A stretch of DNA of 64,000 nt from Candidatus Enterousia sp. (GTDB lineage: Bacteria > Pseudomonadota > Alphaproteobacteria > Rs-D84). The notes under the pieces are model-generated. The model did not search any database. It had not been told where the DNA came from and saw nothing but the letters and a program-made list of their open reading frames with translations. The position numbers and the translations under genes were made by a program. Shown piece by piece: positions 1 to 9,848 of this stretch; positions within the stretch are counted from its first letter, which is position 1, and each line of letters begins with the position of its first letter. Where the stretch lies: positions 32,001-96,000 of the forward strand of contig JAZLBQ010000007.1 of NCBI GenBank assembly GCA_045613785.1, in the 5' to 3' direction.

Positions 1-758
1 CTCAATTTAATAAGAGCCGCAATAATTCTGCGTTGGACACCTGTTCCCATTTGTTCCAGGTTCATCATTCCCGCACTATCTTCGATATTCATAGATATGA
101 TGAATTTTAACATTTCTTCGGGTGTAATACGTCTTGGGCTAAGGTTTACACGCACACCTGCCGATAAAATTTCATTGCTGACTTCATGTCCAACTTTTTC
201 GATATATGGCATTGCAAAGTTCATCATAGGCAGAATTTTTTCTTCAAATTCCTTTTGGAATTTTGGGTTTCTGCAAATCATGCTGACCAGTCCGTTCAAT
301 GCAGAAGTTCCGGACATTTTTGTGTTTTCTTTGACATCAACAACCGCTGGCACATAAATTAAATTGCCCAAGAAGTCAGTTTTTGATCCACGTCTGCCAC
401 GAAATCCGCCACGTTCCAGTCCCTTGGCTGTGTATGCCTGAAAAGGTTTTGAGGGGGACAGACTTTTACGAATTTTTAGTTTCTTATAATCTGTCCGGTA
501 TTTTTTATCCAGGGTATAAAATTCGCTGTCTGTTAAATCATATTCAACTTCTATCCAGGCATTTTTATCATCGATATGTGCAGCATTATGCAAATCAGTT
601 GCCTCGAAACGGATATCGCCGTAAAAGCAACGAATAGCATCGACTATATTGCTTTTACCAACATTGTTTTCGCCAACAATAATTGTATAGTCCTGTAAAT
701 ATACAACTGCGTCCTGTATAGAACGAAAGTTATGAATATGAATATTGTTTATTTTCAT
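1..758 (-). CDS. OLD-family/AAA_15 ABC-type ATPase (ATP-dependent nuclease), partial; runs off the left edge
   Basis: Manual translation from ATG at 758: MKINNIHIHNFRSIQD...IIVGENNVGKSNIVDAI (Walker A)...LIYVPAV...MGTGVQRRII (ABC signature-like). No stop within the window, so it is absent from the ORF track. Confidence 0.85.
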   Translation of the reverse strand, partial: MKINNIHIHNFRSIQDAVVYLQDYTIIVGENNVGKSNIVDAIRCFYGDIRFEATDLHNAAHIDDKNAWIEVEYDLTDSEFYTLDKKYRTDYKKLKIRKSLSPSKPFQAYTAKGLERGGFRGRRGSKTDFLGNLIYVPAVVDVKENTKMSGTSALNGLVSMICRNPKFQKEFEEKILPMMNFAMPYIEKVGHEVSNEILSAGVRVNLSPRRITPEEMLKFIISMNIEDSAGMMNLEQMGTGVQRRIIAALIKL

Positions 759-759
759 T

Positions 760-1317
760 TTACTTTTTTTTGTATCTGATGTGAGTTTCTTCGATAATCA
801 GCATTCTTATCTGGACATGCTTTTCAAAATCACGACGAGCCTGTTCCTGTGTTAGCAGGTTTTTACGATTTTTATTATTTTTTCTATTATCGTATTTTCT
901 GTCGTAACGTTTGTGAGCCTGGTATTTCAACAGTCCTTGGATATAATGATTTTCTTCCCATAAAACAGAATACAGGTATTTTTTTGCCTGATTACGTGTC
1001 ATATTTGGAGCACGCATAAAGTAAGCCGACAAATAATCCGCAACCATTTTTACAAAAGCACCCAAGAAATTTGGATCTGTTGATTTTGCATCTCTGGAAT
1101 CCAGAGTTCTGATATATGTTTTTGTTTGCAAGATGATGAAATTTTCAATTTCTTTATCCCATCTAAAATCATAACGCCATTTGTTTCTGATGTTTTCAGA
1201 TATTGCATATGAATATCCGATTTTATCGTGACCGATTACTTCGCCCTGGATAAAACGAATATAGTTATGAAATAACTTTTCAGACGCACTGTTTTTTTGA
1301 GCTTGTTTTGCTGACAT
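760..1317 (-). CDS. Hypothetical basic protein
   Basis: 185-aa ORF; stop lies 1 nt from the ATPase start; K/R/N-rich C-terminus. Confidence 0.6.
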   Translation of the reverse strand: MSAKQAQKNSASEKLFHNYIRFIQGEVIGHDKIGYSYAISENIRNKWRYDFRWDKEIENFIILQTKTYIRTLDSRDAKSTDPNFLGAFVKMVADYLSAYFMRAPNMTRNQAKKYLYSVLWEENHYIQGLLKYQAHKRYDRKYDNRKNNKNRKNLLTQEQARRDFEKHVQIRMLIIEETHIRYKKK

Positions 1318-1417
1318 AATTTATAACCCTTGGTTCGTGTATTTACACTAATAATATAGAACAAAAAATAAATTTGTCAACTGTTAAAGAGGCGAATTAA
1401 ATGAAAAACACAGGTTT

Positions 1418-2143
1418 TTACGCCTGTGCCTTATTTTTAAGAATGTGGTATTCAATTTGAATCGCTGTTCCAATTCCTGATTCACGCATTTTTTTGGAAA
1501 AAGCGGTGCAATTATGAAATTCTGTTTCCAGTGTTCCCCATCCAGAATATTCCCAATCAATCAGCCCAACAATATCCATTGTCTTCATGTCCACAATAAT
1601 ATTATTGCAGATATCATTGTGGTTCCAACCGTCCCCTTCACCTGTTTTCAGATCTGCAATCTCTGCTGGATCTGCATTATGCATTGCGGCAATAAACTCT
1701 GCCAACTGGCGTCCCCACTTCCAACCATTCTTTGAAATCGCCTTCAATGACATACGGTTCAAATTTTTCCCTGGAATAAAATTATACTTATAGAACGTAA
1801 AACCACGTGATTCAATAATATCAATCCGAGGAATTTTCAGCGGAACGATTTTACCAAATGCATCAGTAATACGCTTTTCACGCATAATTTTTTCAATTGG
1901 GATTTGCTTGTCATAAAACTTTCGTATTTTGCACACATACTTGTTATTGACGATAAAGCCGATATTCCAGCCACCTTTGATAACACGCACACGCTTAAAT
2001 TCCGCACGGGGCAGGGCAGACCGTAATGCATTATATTTTTTTCTGTAATCATACAGGTCAACCCGTCTAATTTTTTCACGCAACTTGCGACTGGGGATAA
2101 AGCCTGCTAAAAAATCCAAAATTTCAAAATATAAACGCCACAT
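1418..2143 (-). CDS. Aminoglycoside phosphotransferase/choline kinase-like protein
   Basis: HNDICNNIIVD (Brenner-like) and GLIDWE motifs; likely start MWRLYF at 2143. Confidence 0.75.
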   Translation of the reverse strand: MWRLYFEILDFLAGFIPSRKLREKIRRVDLYDYRKKYNALRSALPRAEFKRVRVIKGGWNIGFIVNNKYVCKIRKFYDKQIPIEKIMREKRITDAFGKIVPLKIPRIDIIESRGFTFYKYNFIPGKNLNRMSLKAISKNGWKWGRQLAEFIAAMHNADPAEIADLKTGEGDGWNHNDICNNIIVDMKTMDIVGLIDWEYSGWGTLETEFHNCTAFSKKMRESGIGTAIQIEYHILKNKAQA

Positions 2144-2218
2144 CTTCAGAATAATCCTTGGTAAAAAGATAGTATAAATGGTATTGAAAAACAAGAAAAA
2201 AACAAGTATTTTATAGAT

Positions 2219-4411
2219 ATGTTTAATTCCGGCACAATTGTAAAGGTTCTTGTATCAAATATTCCAAACAGTGGCTATGACTATCGCCTGACTGTGCCTG
2301 CGGATATTGGAACATTTGTATCTGTCCGTGTTATGAACCGCCCATGTGTTGGGGTTATTTGGGGGCTAGGGGACAGTAAATTACCGCCTGAAAAAATCAA
2401 GGACATATCGGCTGTCTATCCAAATCGCCTGAATATCACAGACCTGCAATGGATTCAACGAATGTCCCAGTGGACATTGATGCCACTTGGTATGATATTG
2501 CGTTTAATTGTAAATATTCCAGACGCTTTTTCCCCGCCTGCAATGGAACAAATGTATTCTTTTAATGAGGGAACGTCTGTGCGTATGACAGACAATCGTC
2601 TGGCTGTTATGGACGCATTTGCATCAAATGACAACGAGCCAATGACAATATCTGATATACAAAATATATCAGGGGTATCGTCATCTGTTGTTCGCACAAT
2701 GATAAAGAACCAGTCCTTGTTGCCAGTGGCCAGTCGGCCAAAGAATCCCGACCAGTATGTTTATCAATACAGAGACATTGGTAATATTACCCTAAATCCG
2801 CAACAGTCAGCGGCTGCCGATACGATTGGTAAAGCGATAACCAAGGGTGGTTTTTCTGTGCATTTGCTGGACGGAATCACAGGCAGTGGTAAAACCCAGG
2901 TGTATTTTGATTCTGCTTGGCGTGCATACAGTGCTGGGAAATCTGTATTGTTGATGATGCCTGAAATTGCATTGACGGCACAGTTTATTACACGTTTTGA
3001 ATCACGCTTTGGTGCACCGCCGGTTGTCTGGCACAGTAATTTAACGGCTGCTCGTCGTCGTGAAATATGGCGTGGTGTTTTACAAGGCAAAATAAAAATG
3101 GTTGTTGGCACACGCAGTGCATTGTTTTTACCATGGCAAGATATTGGCTTGATTGTTATTGACGAAGAACACGATTCTTCATACAAGCAGGACGACATGG
3201 GCAACTATCACGCTCGTGATATGGCGATTTTGCGTGCAAAAATTGCGGGGTTCCCTGTTGTTTTGGCCAGTGCAACCCCTGCTGCTGAAACATTAGAAAA
3301 TGTATCTGTTGGAAAATATACACAATTGCGGCTTACATCACGATTTGGTGGTGCACAATTACCTAAAATAACAACGATTGATTTACGTGAACACCGTCCT
3401 GTTCCATACTTGGTTGACGGGGTCGAGCAAACAGGTTTTATCTCGCAGCCATTGTGTAAAGCACTAACAGAAACTTTACAAGCCGGCCATCAGGCAATGT
3501 TGTTTATCAATCGTCGTGGTTTTGCACCAATTGTTCAGTGTAAAAAATGTGGCTGGACAGCAACATGTCCTGATTGCAGTGTGGGTATGACTTATCATAA
3601 ACGCCTGGGAAAATTACTGTGCCATATGTGTGGTCGCACGGCTCCGTTAAATACCACATGTCCTGATTGTGGGCTAGATGTATCAATGCGTGGGGTTGGT
3701 TTGGAAAAGATTGAACAAGAAGTAAATATTCGATTTCCAACTGCACGCACTGCATTGGTTTCCAGTGATATCATCACCTCACGCCAGTCGTTAGAGCGTC
3801 TGGTAAATAAAATGGAATCAGGCGAAATAGATATTGTAATCGGCACACAAATCTTGGCCAAGGGGCATCATTTTCCAAACCTGACCTTGGTTGGTGTTGT
3901 TGACAGTGATATGGGCTTGTTTGGTACTGATTTTCGTGCTGCGGAACATACATTCCAACAACTGTTCCAGGTGGCAGGTCGTGCTGGTCGTGGCGAACAC
4001 CCAGGCCAAGTTCTATTACAATCTTATCAGCCAGACCATCCAGTGTTGACTGCAATCTGTGCAGGCGACCGTGATACATTTATGGCGACCGACATGGCAG
4101 GTCGTCGTGCGGCACAAATGCCACCGTATGGACAGTTGATTGCGATAATTGTCGAAGGCGAGCGAGAACCCATCCTGCAACGTTTTTGCAATGAATTGGC
4201 AATGGCTGCACCGAATTTAACAGGTGGTAAAATAATGGGGCCAATCACCGCCCAGATATACCAAATACGCAACTGGTATCGGATGAGATTTTTGGTTGCA
4301 GGTCCTGCAAATGCTGCACTGCAACCGATTGTTTCGCATTGGCTGGCCAAGGTAAAGCAGCCGGCGAATATTCGTGTAAAAATCGACGTAAATCCAATGA
4401 ATTTTATGTAG
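2219..4411 (+). CDS. priA: Primosomal protein N' (PriA)
   Basis: GITGSGKT, DEEHD, two CxxC zinc knuckles, QVAGRAGR, C-terminal IDVNP. Confidence 0.97.
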   Translation: MFNSGTIVKVLVSNIPNSGYDYRLTVPADIGTFVSVRVMNRPCVGVIWGLGDSKLPPEKIKDISAVYPNRLNITDLQWIQRMSQWTLMPLGMILRLIVNIPDAFSPPAMEQMYSFNEGTSVRMTDNRLAVMDAFASNDNEPMTISDIQNISGVSSSVVRTMIKNQSLLPVASRPKNPDQYVYQYRDIGNITLNPQQSAAADTIGKAITKGGFSVHLLDGITGSGKTQVYFDSAWRAYSAGKSVLLMMPEIALTAQFITRFESRFGAPPVVWHSNLTAARRREIWRGVLQGKIKMVVGTRSALFLPWQDIGLIVIDEEHDSSYKQDDMGNYHARDMAILRAKIAGFPVVLASATPAAETLENVSVGKYTQLRLTSRFGGAQLPKITTIDLREHRPVPYLVDGVEQTGFISQPLCKALTETLQAGHQAMLFINRRGFAPIVQCKKCGWTATCPDCSVGMTYHKRLGKLLCHMCGRTAPLNTTCPDCGLDVSMRGVGLEKIEQEVNIRFPTARTALVSSDIITSRQSLERLVNKMESGEIDIVIGTQILAKGHHFPNLTLVGVVDSDMGLFGTDFRAAEHTFQQLFQVAGRAGRGEHPGQVLLQSYQPDHPVLTAICAGDRDTFMATDMAGRRAAQMPPYGQLIAIIVEGEREPILQRFCNELAMAAPNLTGGKIMGPITAQIYQIRNWYRMRFLVAGPANAALQPIVSHWLAKVKQPANIRVKIDVNPMNFM

Positions 4412-4425
4412 AGTTAAAATTGCAG

Positions 4426-5052
4426 TTATCGAACTTTTTGTGCGATTTCTTCTGCTAACTTAGACGTATTCAATACTTGCTTTTGAATTTTGTCTTGCCC
4501 CAGTGCGGCGATAAATACTGTCACCATCATCGCAGGATAAACGACCGTGCCTGCACCTGTTTTTTCATATCCGAAAATCAAATTGTATGCAATCATACAC
4601 AGCATCGCAATCATATTGCCCAGATAAATACGACAGACATATACTTTCATTTTATGTATTGTCTGGTAAAGTTGTTTTAACTGTTCAATTTTTTTCTGTG
4701 TTTCTGCATCAACATTATTTTTAAAATCATTTTCCAGAATTTGAATAAATGCCCAGATTGCTCTGACAGAACCACGTTTAATTTCTGCAATTGCCAATTT
4801 TATCATCATATCACGGATATCACGGATAAAATCTGCTTGTGCATTTTGCCAATTAGTTGAATTTGTCTTGCTAGGTTCAGTTAAAAACTGGTGAGCCTCA
4901 TTTATCTGTTTAAATTTAGCCTCTGCATTTTTGTTGCCTGGATTTTTATCGGGATGATATTGAATTGCCAGCCGTCGCCAAGCCTTGCGAATATCATCAG
5001 GTGTTGCGTTTGGCTGTAAATTTAATAGTGAAAATGCTTCATCTTTCGTCAT
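4426..5052 (-). CDS. DnaJ-domain protein with two C-terminal TM segments
   Basis: J-domain with YHPDKN and KFKQINEA; likely start MTKDEAF; ends QKVR. Confidence 0.8.
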   Translation of the reverse strand: MTKDEAFSLLNLQPNATPDDIRKAWRRLAIQYHPDKNPGNKNAEAKFKQINEAHQFLTEPSKTNSTNWQNAQADFIRDIRDMMIKLAIAEIKRGSVRAIWAFIQILENDFKNNVDAETQKKIEQLKQLYQTIHKMKVYVCRIYLGNMIAMLCMIAYNLIFGYEKTGAGTVVYPAMMVTVFIAALGQDKIQKQVLNTSKLAEEIAQKVR

Positions 5053-5170
5053 AAGCGGATAAATTAAAGTATAAAAAGGCATATGTCAAATAAATTCCCA
5101 GTTGCAAAAACGGAAAATCGGTATAGAATACAAAACTTAAAGTTTAATAATTTTTTGGGGGTAACAGGCT

Positions 5171-6532
5171 ATGCCAGCAAAAACAGTTCAAGATATAGTA
5201 GCATTATGTAAACGTCGTGGATTTATATTCACAGGCTCGGAAATTTATGGTGGATTGGGTGGTGCGTATGATTACGGTCCATACGGTGTTGAATTGATGA
5301 AGAATATCCGCAATGCATGGTGGAATTCTATGATATATTCACGTGATGACATCGAAGGCCTGGATGCTGCCTTGATATCAAACCGCCTGTTGTGGAAATA
5401 TTCTGGACACGAAGCAGGCTTTTCTGACCCGTTGGTAGAGTGCAAAAAGTGCGGCACTCGTATGCGTCAAGACAAGATGAAAGATATGTCAAAATGTGAT
5501 AATTGTGGCAGCACTGATATCACAGAACCACGTGCATACCAGTTGATGATGGGGCTGTCCATTGGTGCGACGGCGGATGGTGCGATAAATGCATACCTGC
5601 GTCCTGAAACAGCGACCACAACATATACAAATTTCAAGAACGTTCTGGACGCACGTCCACATAAATTACCATTTGGTATTGCTCAAATTGGCAAGGCGTT
5701 CCGTAATGAGATTTCTCCACGTGGATTTGTTTTCCGCATGCGTGAATTTGAACAGGCTGAAATGCAATACTTTGTCAATCCTGTGGACGATGAAAAGTTC
5801 CACAAAATGTGGATGGAACAGCGTATGGCCTGGTGGATTGATGTATTGGGAATTCCTGCGGAAAAATTACGTTTTATGCCACACGAAAAATTGGCACATT
5901 ATGCCAAGGCCGCTGTTGACATTGAATACGAATTCCCAGACGGCTTTGACGAAGTCGAAGGAATTCACAACCGTCAGGATTTTGACTTAGGCTCGCATAC
6001 CAAGGCACAGTCAGATTTCCAAATCCATGCAAATGTTTTGGAAAACACAGACAGCACAACCAAACTGTCGTATTCTGACCCACAAAGCGGCGAAAACTTC
6101 CTGCCATATGTAATTGAAACAGCGATGGGTGTAAATCGTGCTATGTTGGCTGTTATGATTCAGGCGTATGAAGAAGAAGACCTGGGCGATGGCAAAACTC
6201 GCACAGTGTTAAAGTTAAAACCAGCTCTGTCGCCAGTCAAGGCAGCGGTTATTCCATTGGCACGCAACGTTCCAGAATTGGTAAACATTTCAAATGATAT
6301 AGTAAAGCGTTTGCGTTCAATGGCAATTGGTCGCATAGAATTGGAAAATTCTGGCAACATTGGTAAAAACTATCGTCGTCATGACGAAATTGGAACGCCA
6401 GTGTGCATAACTGTTGACCATCAAACGCTGGAAGACAATACCGTAACTTTGCGTCATCGTGATACAATGGCTCAAGAACGTATTGCACTGACCGATGTTC
6501 CACAGCGAATTTTGGAAATAGTAAATGGTTAA
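5171..6532 (+). CDS. glyQS: Glycine-tRNA ligase, homodimeric alpha2 type
   Basis: LCKRRGF, YDYGPYG, YLRPETA, GKAFRNEISP, FRMREFEQ, DEIGTP anticodon-binding domain. Confidence 0.95.
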   Translation: MPAKTVQDIVALCKRRGFIFTGSEIYGGLGGAYDYGPYGVELMKNIRNAWWNSMIYSRDDIEGLDAALISNRLLWKYSGHEAGFSDPLVECKKCGTRMRQDKMKDMSKCDNCGSTDITEPRAYQLMMGLSIGATADGAINAYLRPETATTTYTNFKNVLDARPHKLPFGIAQIGKAFRNEISPRGFVFRMREFEQAEMQYFVNPVDDEKFHKMWMEQRMAWWIDVLGIPAEKLRFMPHEKLAHYAKAAVDIEYEFPDGFDEVEGIHNRQDFDLGSHTKAQSDFQIHANVLENTDSTTKLSYSDPQSGENFLPYVIETAMGVNRAMLAVMIQAYEEEDLGDGKTRTVLKLKPALSPVKAAVIPLARNVPELVNISNDIVKRLRSMAIGRIELENSGNIGKNYRRHDEIGTPVCITVDHQTLEDNTVTLRHRDTMAQERIALTDVPQRILEIVNG

Positions 6533-6557
6533 AAAATCCCCGTTTGGGGATTTTTTT
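6531..6557 (+). terminator. Intrinsic terminator (ATCCCC-loop-GGGGAT family)
   Basis: aaaaaatcccc gttt ggggattttttt. Confidence 0.8.
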
Positions 6558-6713
6558 ATGCAAAAAAACGCAAAAAACATAAAAAATAGTCAGTTTTGCA
6601 TAAAATTTTCGACAAAACGCTTGACTTTTATATAAAAAAACATAAAATCTGCATAAACTTTTCGCCAAAAGGCGTAAACAGAATAACAAAACACAACGTA
6701 AGAGAGAAAGAAG

Positions 6714-7013
6714 ATGAGCGAATTTGCAATCTTTCAAACCGGCGGCAAACAATATCGTGTTGCACAAGGCGATATTATCAAGGTTGAAAAACTGAATGCC
6801 GAAGGTTCGGTTGAATTTGACCAAGTTTTAATGGTTGGCGACAAAATTGGAACACCATTTGTTGAAGGTGCCAAGATTGTAGCCGAAGTAGTTGAACAGA
6901 AACGTGCTGACAAGATTTTGGTGTTCAAGAAAAAACGTCGCCAAAACTATCGCCGCACTGCGGGCCATCGTCAGTTCATCACTGTTTTGAAAATCAAAGA
7001 AATCAAAGCATAA
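6714..7013 (+). CDS. rplU: 50S ribosomal protein L21
   Basis: [13 protein letters not shown]...[16 protein letters not shown]. Confidence 0.98.
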   Translation: MSEFAIFQTGGKQYRVAQGDIIKVEKLNAEGSVEFDQVLMVGDKIGTPFVEGAKIVAEVVEQKRADKILVFKKKRRQNYRRTAGHRQFITVLKIKEIKA

Positions 7014-7028
7014 TAAGGGGGCAGAACT

Positions 7029-7298
7029 ATGGCACATAAGAAAGCGGGTTCCGCATCAATGAATGGACGCGACTCTGCAGGACGCAGACTTGGCGTGAAA
7101 AAATCTGGTGGCAGTCGTGTAATCCCAGGTAACATCATCATCCGTCAGCGTGGCACATCTGTCCACCCAGGATTGAATGTTGGTATGGGTAAAGACCACA
7201 CAATCTTTGCAAAGATTGCCGGTATTGTGAAGTTTAAAAAGGGCAACGGCGACCGCAGAACAGTTTCTGTTATCCCAGAAGAAACAGAAGCAAAATAA
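7029..7298 (+). CDS. rpmA: 50S ribosomal protein L27
   Basis: MAHKKAG...[14 protein letters not shown]...[10 protein letters not shown]. Confidence 0.98.
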   Translation: MAHKKAGSASMNGRDSAGRRLGVKKSGGSRVIPGNIIIRQRGTSVHPGLNVGMGKDHTIFAKIAGIVKFKKGNGDRRTVSVIPEETEAK

Positions 7299-7299
7299 T

Positions 7300-7358
7300 A
7301 AAATCCCCGATTGGGGATTTTTTTTTGTGCAAAAAAACACCCGAACGGGTGTTTTTTT
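7300..7358. terminator. Two back-to-back terminators between convergent rpmA and ferredoxin genes
   Basis: aaaatcccc gatt ggggatttt and aaaaaaacaccc gaac gggtgttttttt. Confidence 0.8.
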
Positions 7359-7375
7359 ATAGTGTGATATCTTTT

Positions 7376-7558
7376 TTATTGAACGTCTGGTGCGATTGCT
7401 CCCATTGGACAAACTGCCGCACATGTTCCACAACTGATACATTTGCTGGTGTCGATAACATATTTACCTTCTGCCCCCTGTGAAATTGCGGCAACAGGAC
7501 ACATACCTGCACACGTTCCACAACCAATACATTTACTTGGGTCAATTTTATAAGCCAT
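7376..7558 (-). CDS. 2[4Fe-4S] ferredoxin (clostridial type)
   Basis: Two CxxCxxCxxxCP motifs in 60 aa. Confidence 0.93.
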   Translation of the reverse strand: MAYKIDPSKCIGCGTCAGMCPVAAISQGAEGKYVIDTSKCISCGTCAAVCPMGAIAPDVQ

Positions 7559-7592
7559 CTTTTTACTCCTATATATTTTTATGGTTTATTTC

Positions 7593-8300
7593 TTATTCAC
7601 GATTAAACAGACTCAACAAATATTGGAACATTGCGATAAAAGATATATACAAATGCAACGCCCCCAAAACAGCCATCTGATTCTTTTGCATATCATCGCC
7701 AATTACCGCATATGCACGTTTCAGATTTTGCATATCGTATGCGGTAAACAGTGCAAAAATCAAGACACCGATAAAGCATACAATTGTTCCAAATGTTCCG
7801 CCCAACATTGCTGGCCAGATAAAGGATAACAAACCAACCAAAATCAAGCCAATCATACCCATTGTCAAAAACACGCCCATAAAAGACAAGTCTTTGATAG
7901 TTTTATATCCAAACATAGCCATACAGGCAAACATAACCGCCGCCAAGACAAACGCAGTTATAATTGAAACAGGATTTACTGATAACGCAACTGCAATCAA
8001 TGGTGTCATAGTTACACCAATAACAACAGCATACAATGCCAACAACAGTGCTGCTGTCGAAGGTTTCATACTAAAAACACGCACCTGAGCCCAGATTGAC
8101 ACCGCCAATCCGCCAAATAACAGCACATAATACAGTCCTGACATACCGCCTGTCTGAAAATTAAACAAATACTGCAAGCCACCACCCCAAATAGTCAGAT
8201 ATGCGGCAACTGCGGTCAATCCGACTGCACCGAACATCAGTGCAAAAATACGTTTCAAATACAGGTCAATTCCACTTGTAGTTTTTTTTGCTATTTGCAT
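7593..8300 (-). CDS. Bax inhibitor-1/YccA family membrane protein
   Basis: 7 TM segments; FTAYDMQNLK; GALHLYISFI. Confidence 0.9.
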   Translation of the reverse strand: MQIAKKTTSGIDLYLKRIFALMFGAVGLTAVAAYLTIWGGGLQYLFNFQTGGMSGLYYVLLFGGLAVSIWAQVRVFSMKPSTAALLLALYAVVIGVTMTPLIAVALSVNPVSIITAFVLAAVMFACMAMFGYKTIKDLSFMGVFLTMGMIGLILVGLLSFIWPAMLGGTFGTIVCFIGVLIFALFTAYDMQNLKRAYAVIGDDMQKNQMAVLGALHLYISFIAMFQYLLSLFNRE

Positions 8301-8377
8301 CTTTATATTTCTCCTTGTTATTTAACAAATATATAATACAATAGTATGGTATTTTCAAGATTAAAAAGGATTTTAAT

Positions 8378-8608
8378 ATGGGTGGATTAAAAAAATATGA
8401 ACAGGAACGTGCTCAAAAGATCAGAGAACGTGGACCTCGTGAAGATCTTTCTGAAAAACAGAAAAAATCAGCAGTTGCTAAACATTTAACTAAACAGTTA
8501 GAAGCAGCGATAAAAAAATTAGAAGCAACCAAAGATCCAAAAAAAGAAGAGAAGTTAAATACTATTATTGCTGATATTCAAAAGACATTATCAACATTAC
8601 AACATTAA
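8378..8608 (+). CDS. Hypothetical Lys-rich coiled-coil protein
   Basis: 76-aa ORF with AAAGGA RBS. Confidence 0.65.
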   Translation: MGGLKKYEQERAQKIRERGPREDLSEKQKKSAVAKHLTKQLEAAIKKLEATKDPKKEEKLNTIIADIQKTLSTLQH

Positions 8609-8623
8609 ACTAAGGATATTATT

Positions 8624-8881
8624 ATGGCATCAACAGCAGCAAGATTTGCCATGCGTTCACGCGGCATAATCAAGGAATTAAAACAAGAAGACGAATGCAG
8701 GGTCAGCCACAATAATCGCAACGGTGTTATTTGTGCAATAAATACTCGGCACGCACAATATACACGTGAAATTGAAATGTTGCGTTCTTTGCCAAACCCA
8801 ACGCCTGCCCAGACAAAACGTTTGGCAACATTGGAACGCATTGTTCAAGATATGAGTAGCACAATTCAACGCACACGATAA
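8624..8881 (+). CDS. Hypothetical protein ending QRTR
   Basis: 85-aa ORF with AAGGA RBS. Confidence 0.65.
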   Translation: MASTAARFAMRSRGIIKELKQEDECRVSHNNRNGVICAINTRHAQYTREIEMLRSLPNPTPAQTKRLATLERIVQDMSSTIQRTR

Positions 8882-8905
8882 AAAAACATTTGGGCAGGGG
8901 GATTT

Positions 8906-9703
8906 ATGTCGATAACGATTAGCCCAATCTCGCCGGTTGCATTTTCTGTGCTGGGGTTGGATATTCGCTGGTATGCGCTGGCATATATAGCGGCATTTGT
9001 TGTTGGGTATTGGCTGGTGAAGCGTCTGACATCGAAATCCACCAGCGTAATCCACCTGACCAAGAAAGAACTGGACGACCTGTTGACTGCGATAATAATT
9101 GGCGTTATTGCTGGCGGTCGTTTAGGATATGTTCTGTTTTACGATTTTGGATATTTTATTACACATCCACTTCAGATTTTTGCTGTATGGCACGGCGGAA
9201 TGAGCTTTCATGGTGGGCTTATTGGTGTTATTTTGTCAGTTTTGTTATTTGCACGGAAAAATCACAAGAACGCAATGTTTATTCTTGATGTATTAGCTGT
9301 TGCAGCACCTATTGGCTTATTTTTTGGTCGCATTGCAAATTTTATAAATCAAGAGGTTATGGGGCGTCCAACCGACGTTCCTTGGGCGGTTGTTTTTGAT
9401 GGTGGGGTTCCAATTCCACGCCACCCCAGCCCACTATACGAAGCAGCAACCGAAGGCATTTTGTTATTTGTTATAATGTATAGTCTATATCGCTGGACAA
9501 ATTTACGTCGTTATCCTGGTGCGTTAGGCGGGATAATGGGTATGGGGTATGCGGTTTTTCGTATGTTTTGTGAACTATACCGTGCACCTGATGCACACAT
9601 TGGATTTCTGACGACATGGGGGCTAACAATGGGGCAGTTGTTGTCATTTATAATGTTTTTTGCAGGATTTATAATTTTTATGTTTGCAATTCGCAAAAAA
9701 TAA
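8906..9703 (+). CDS. lgt: Prolipoprotein diacylglyceryl transferase
   Basis: IRWYALAY, GGRLGYVLFY, GGMSFHGG, GRIANFINQE, HPSPLYEA. Confidence 0.97.
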   Translation: MSITISPISPVAFSVLGLDIRWYALAYIAAFVVGYWLVKRLTSKSTSVIHLTKKELDDLLTAIIIGVIAGGRLGYVLFYDFGYFITHPLQIFAVWHGGMSFHGGLIGVILSVLLFARKNHKNAMFILDVLAVAAPIGLFFGRIANFINQEVMGRPTDVPWAVVFDGGVPIPRHPSPLYEAATEGILLFVIMYSLYRWTNLRRYPGALGGIMGMGYAVFRMFCELYRAPDAHIGFLTTWGLTMGQLLSFIMFFAGFIIFMFAIRKK

Positions 9704-9755
9704 TGTAGAATAGTCGCCGTTGACCAGAAAAAAATCGGTTAGCGAAAAAGGTTTA

Positions 9756-9845
9756 GGATGGTTGGCAGAGCGGTCGAATGCGGCGGTCTTGAAAACCGTT
9801 GTGGGGGCAACTCCACCGGGGGTTCGAATCCCTCACCATCCGCCA
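9756..9845 (+). tRNA. tRNA-Ser(TGA)
   Basis: GGATGGT/ACCATCC acceptor; anticodon loop CTTGAAA; long variable arm; GGTTCGAATCC; encoded CCA. Confidence 0.96.
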
Positions 9846-9848
9846 GAA

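Noticed and set aside
97-637. Plus-strand ORFs of 86 and 84 aa
   Set aside because: Antisense to the OLD-family ATPase.
1418-2143. Aminoglycoside resistance gene
   Set aside because: Only generic kinase motifs; the N-terminal module points more to surface-glycan modification.
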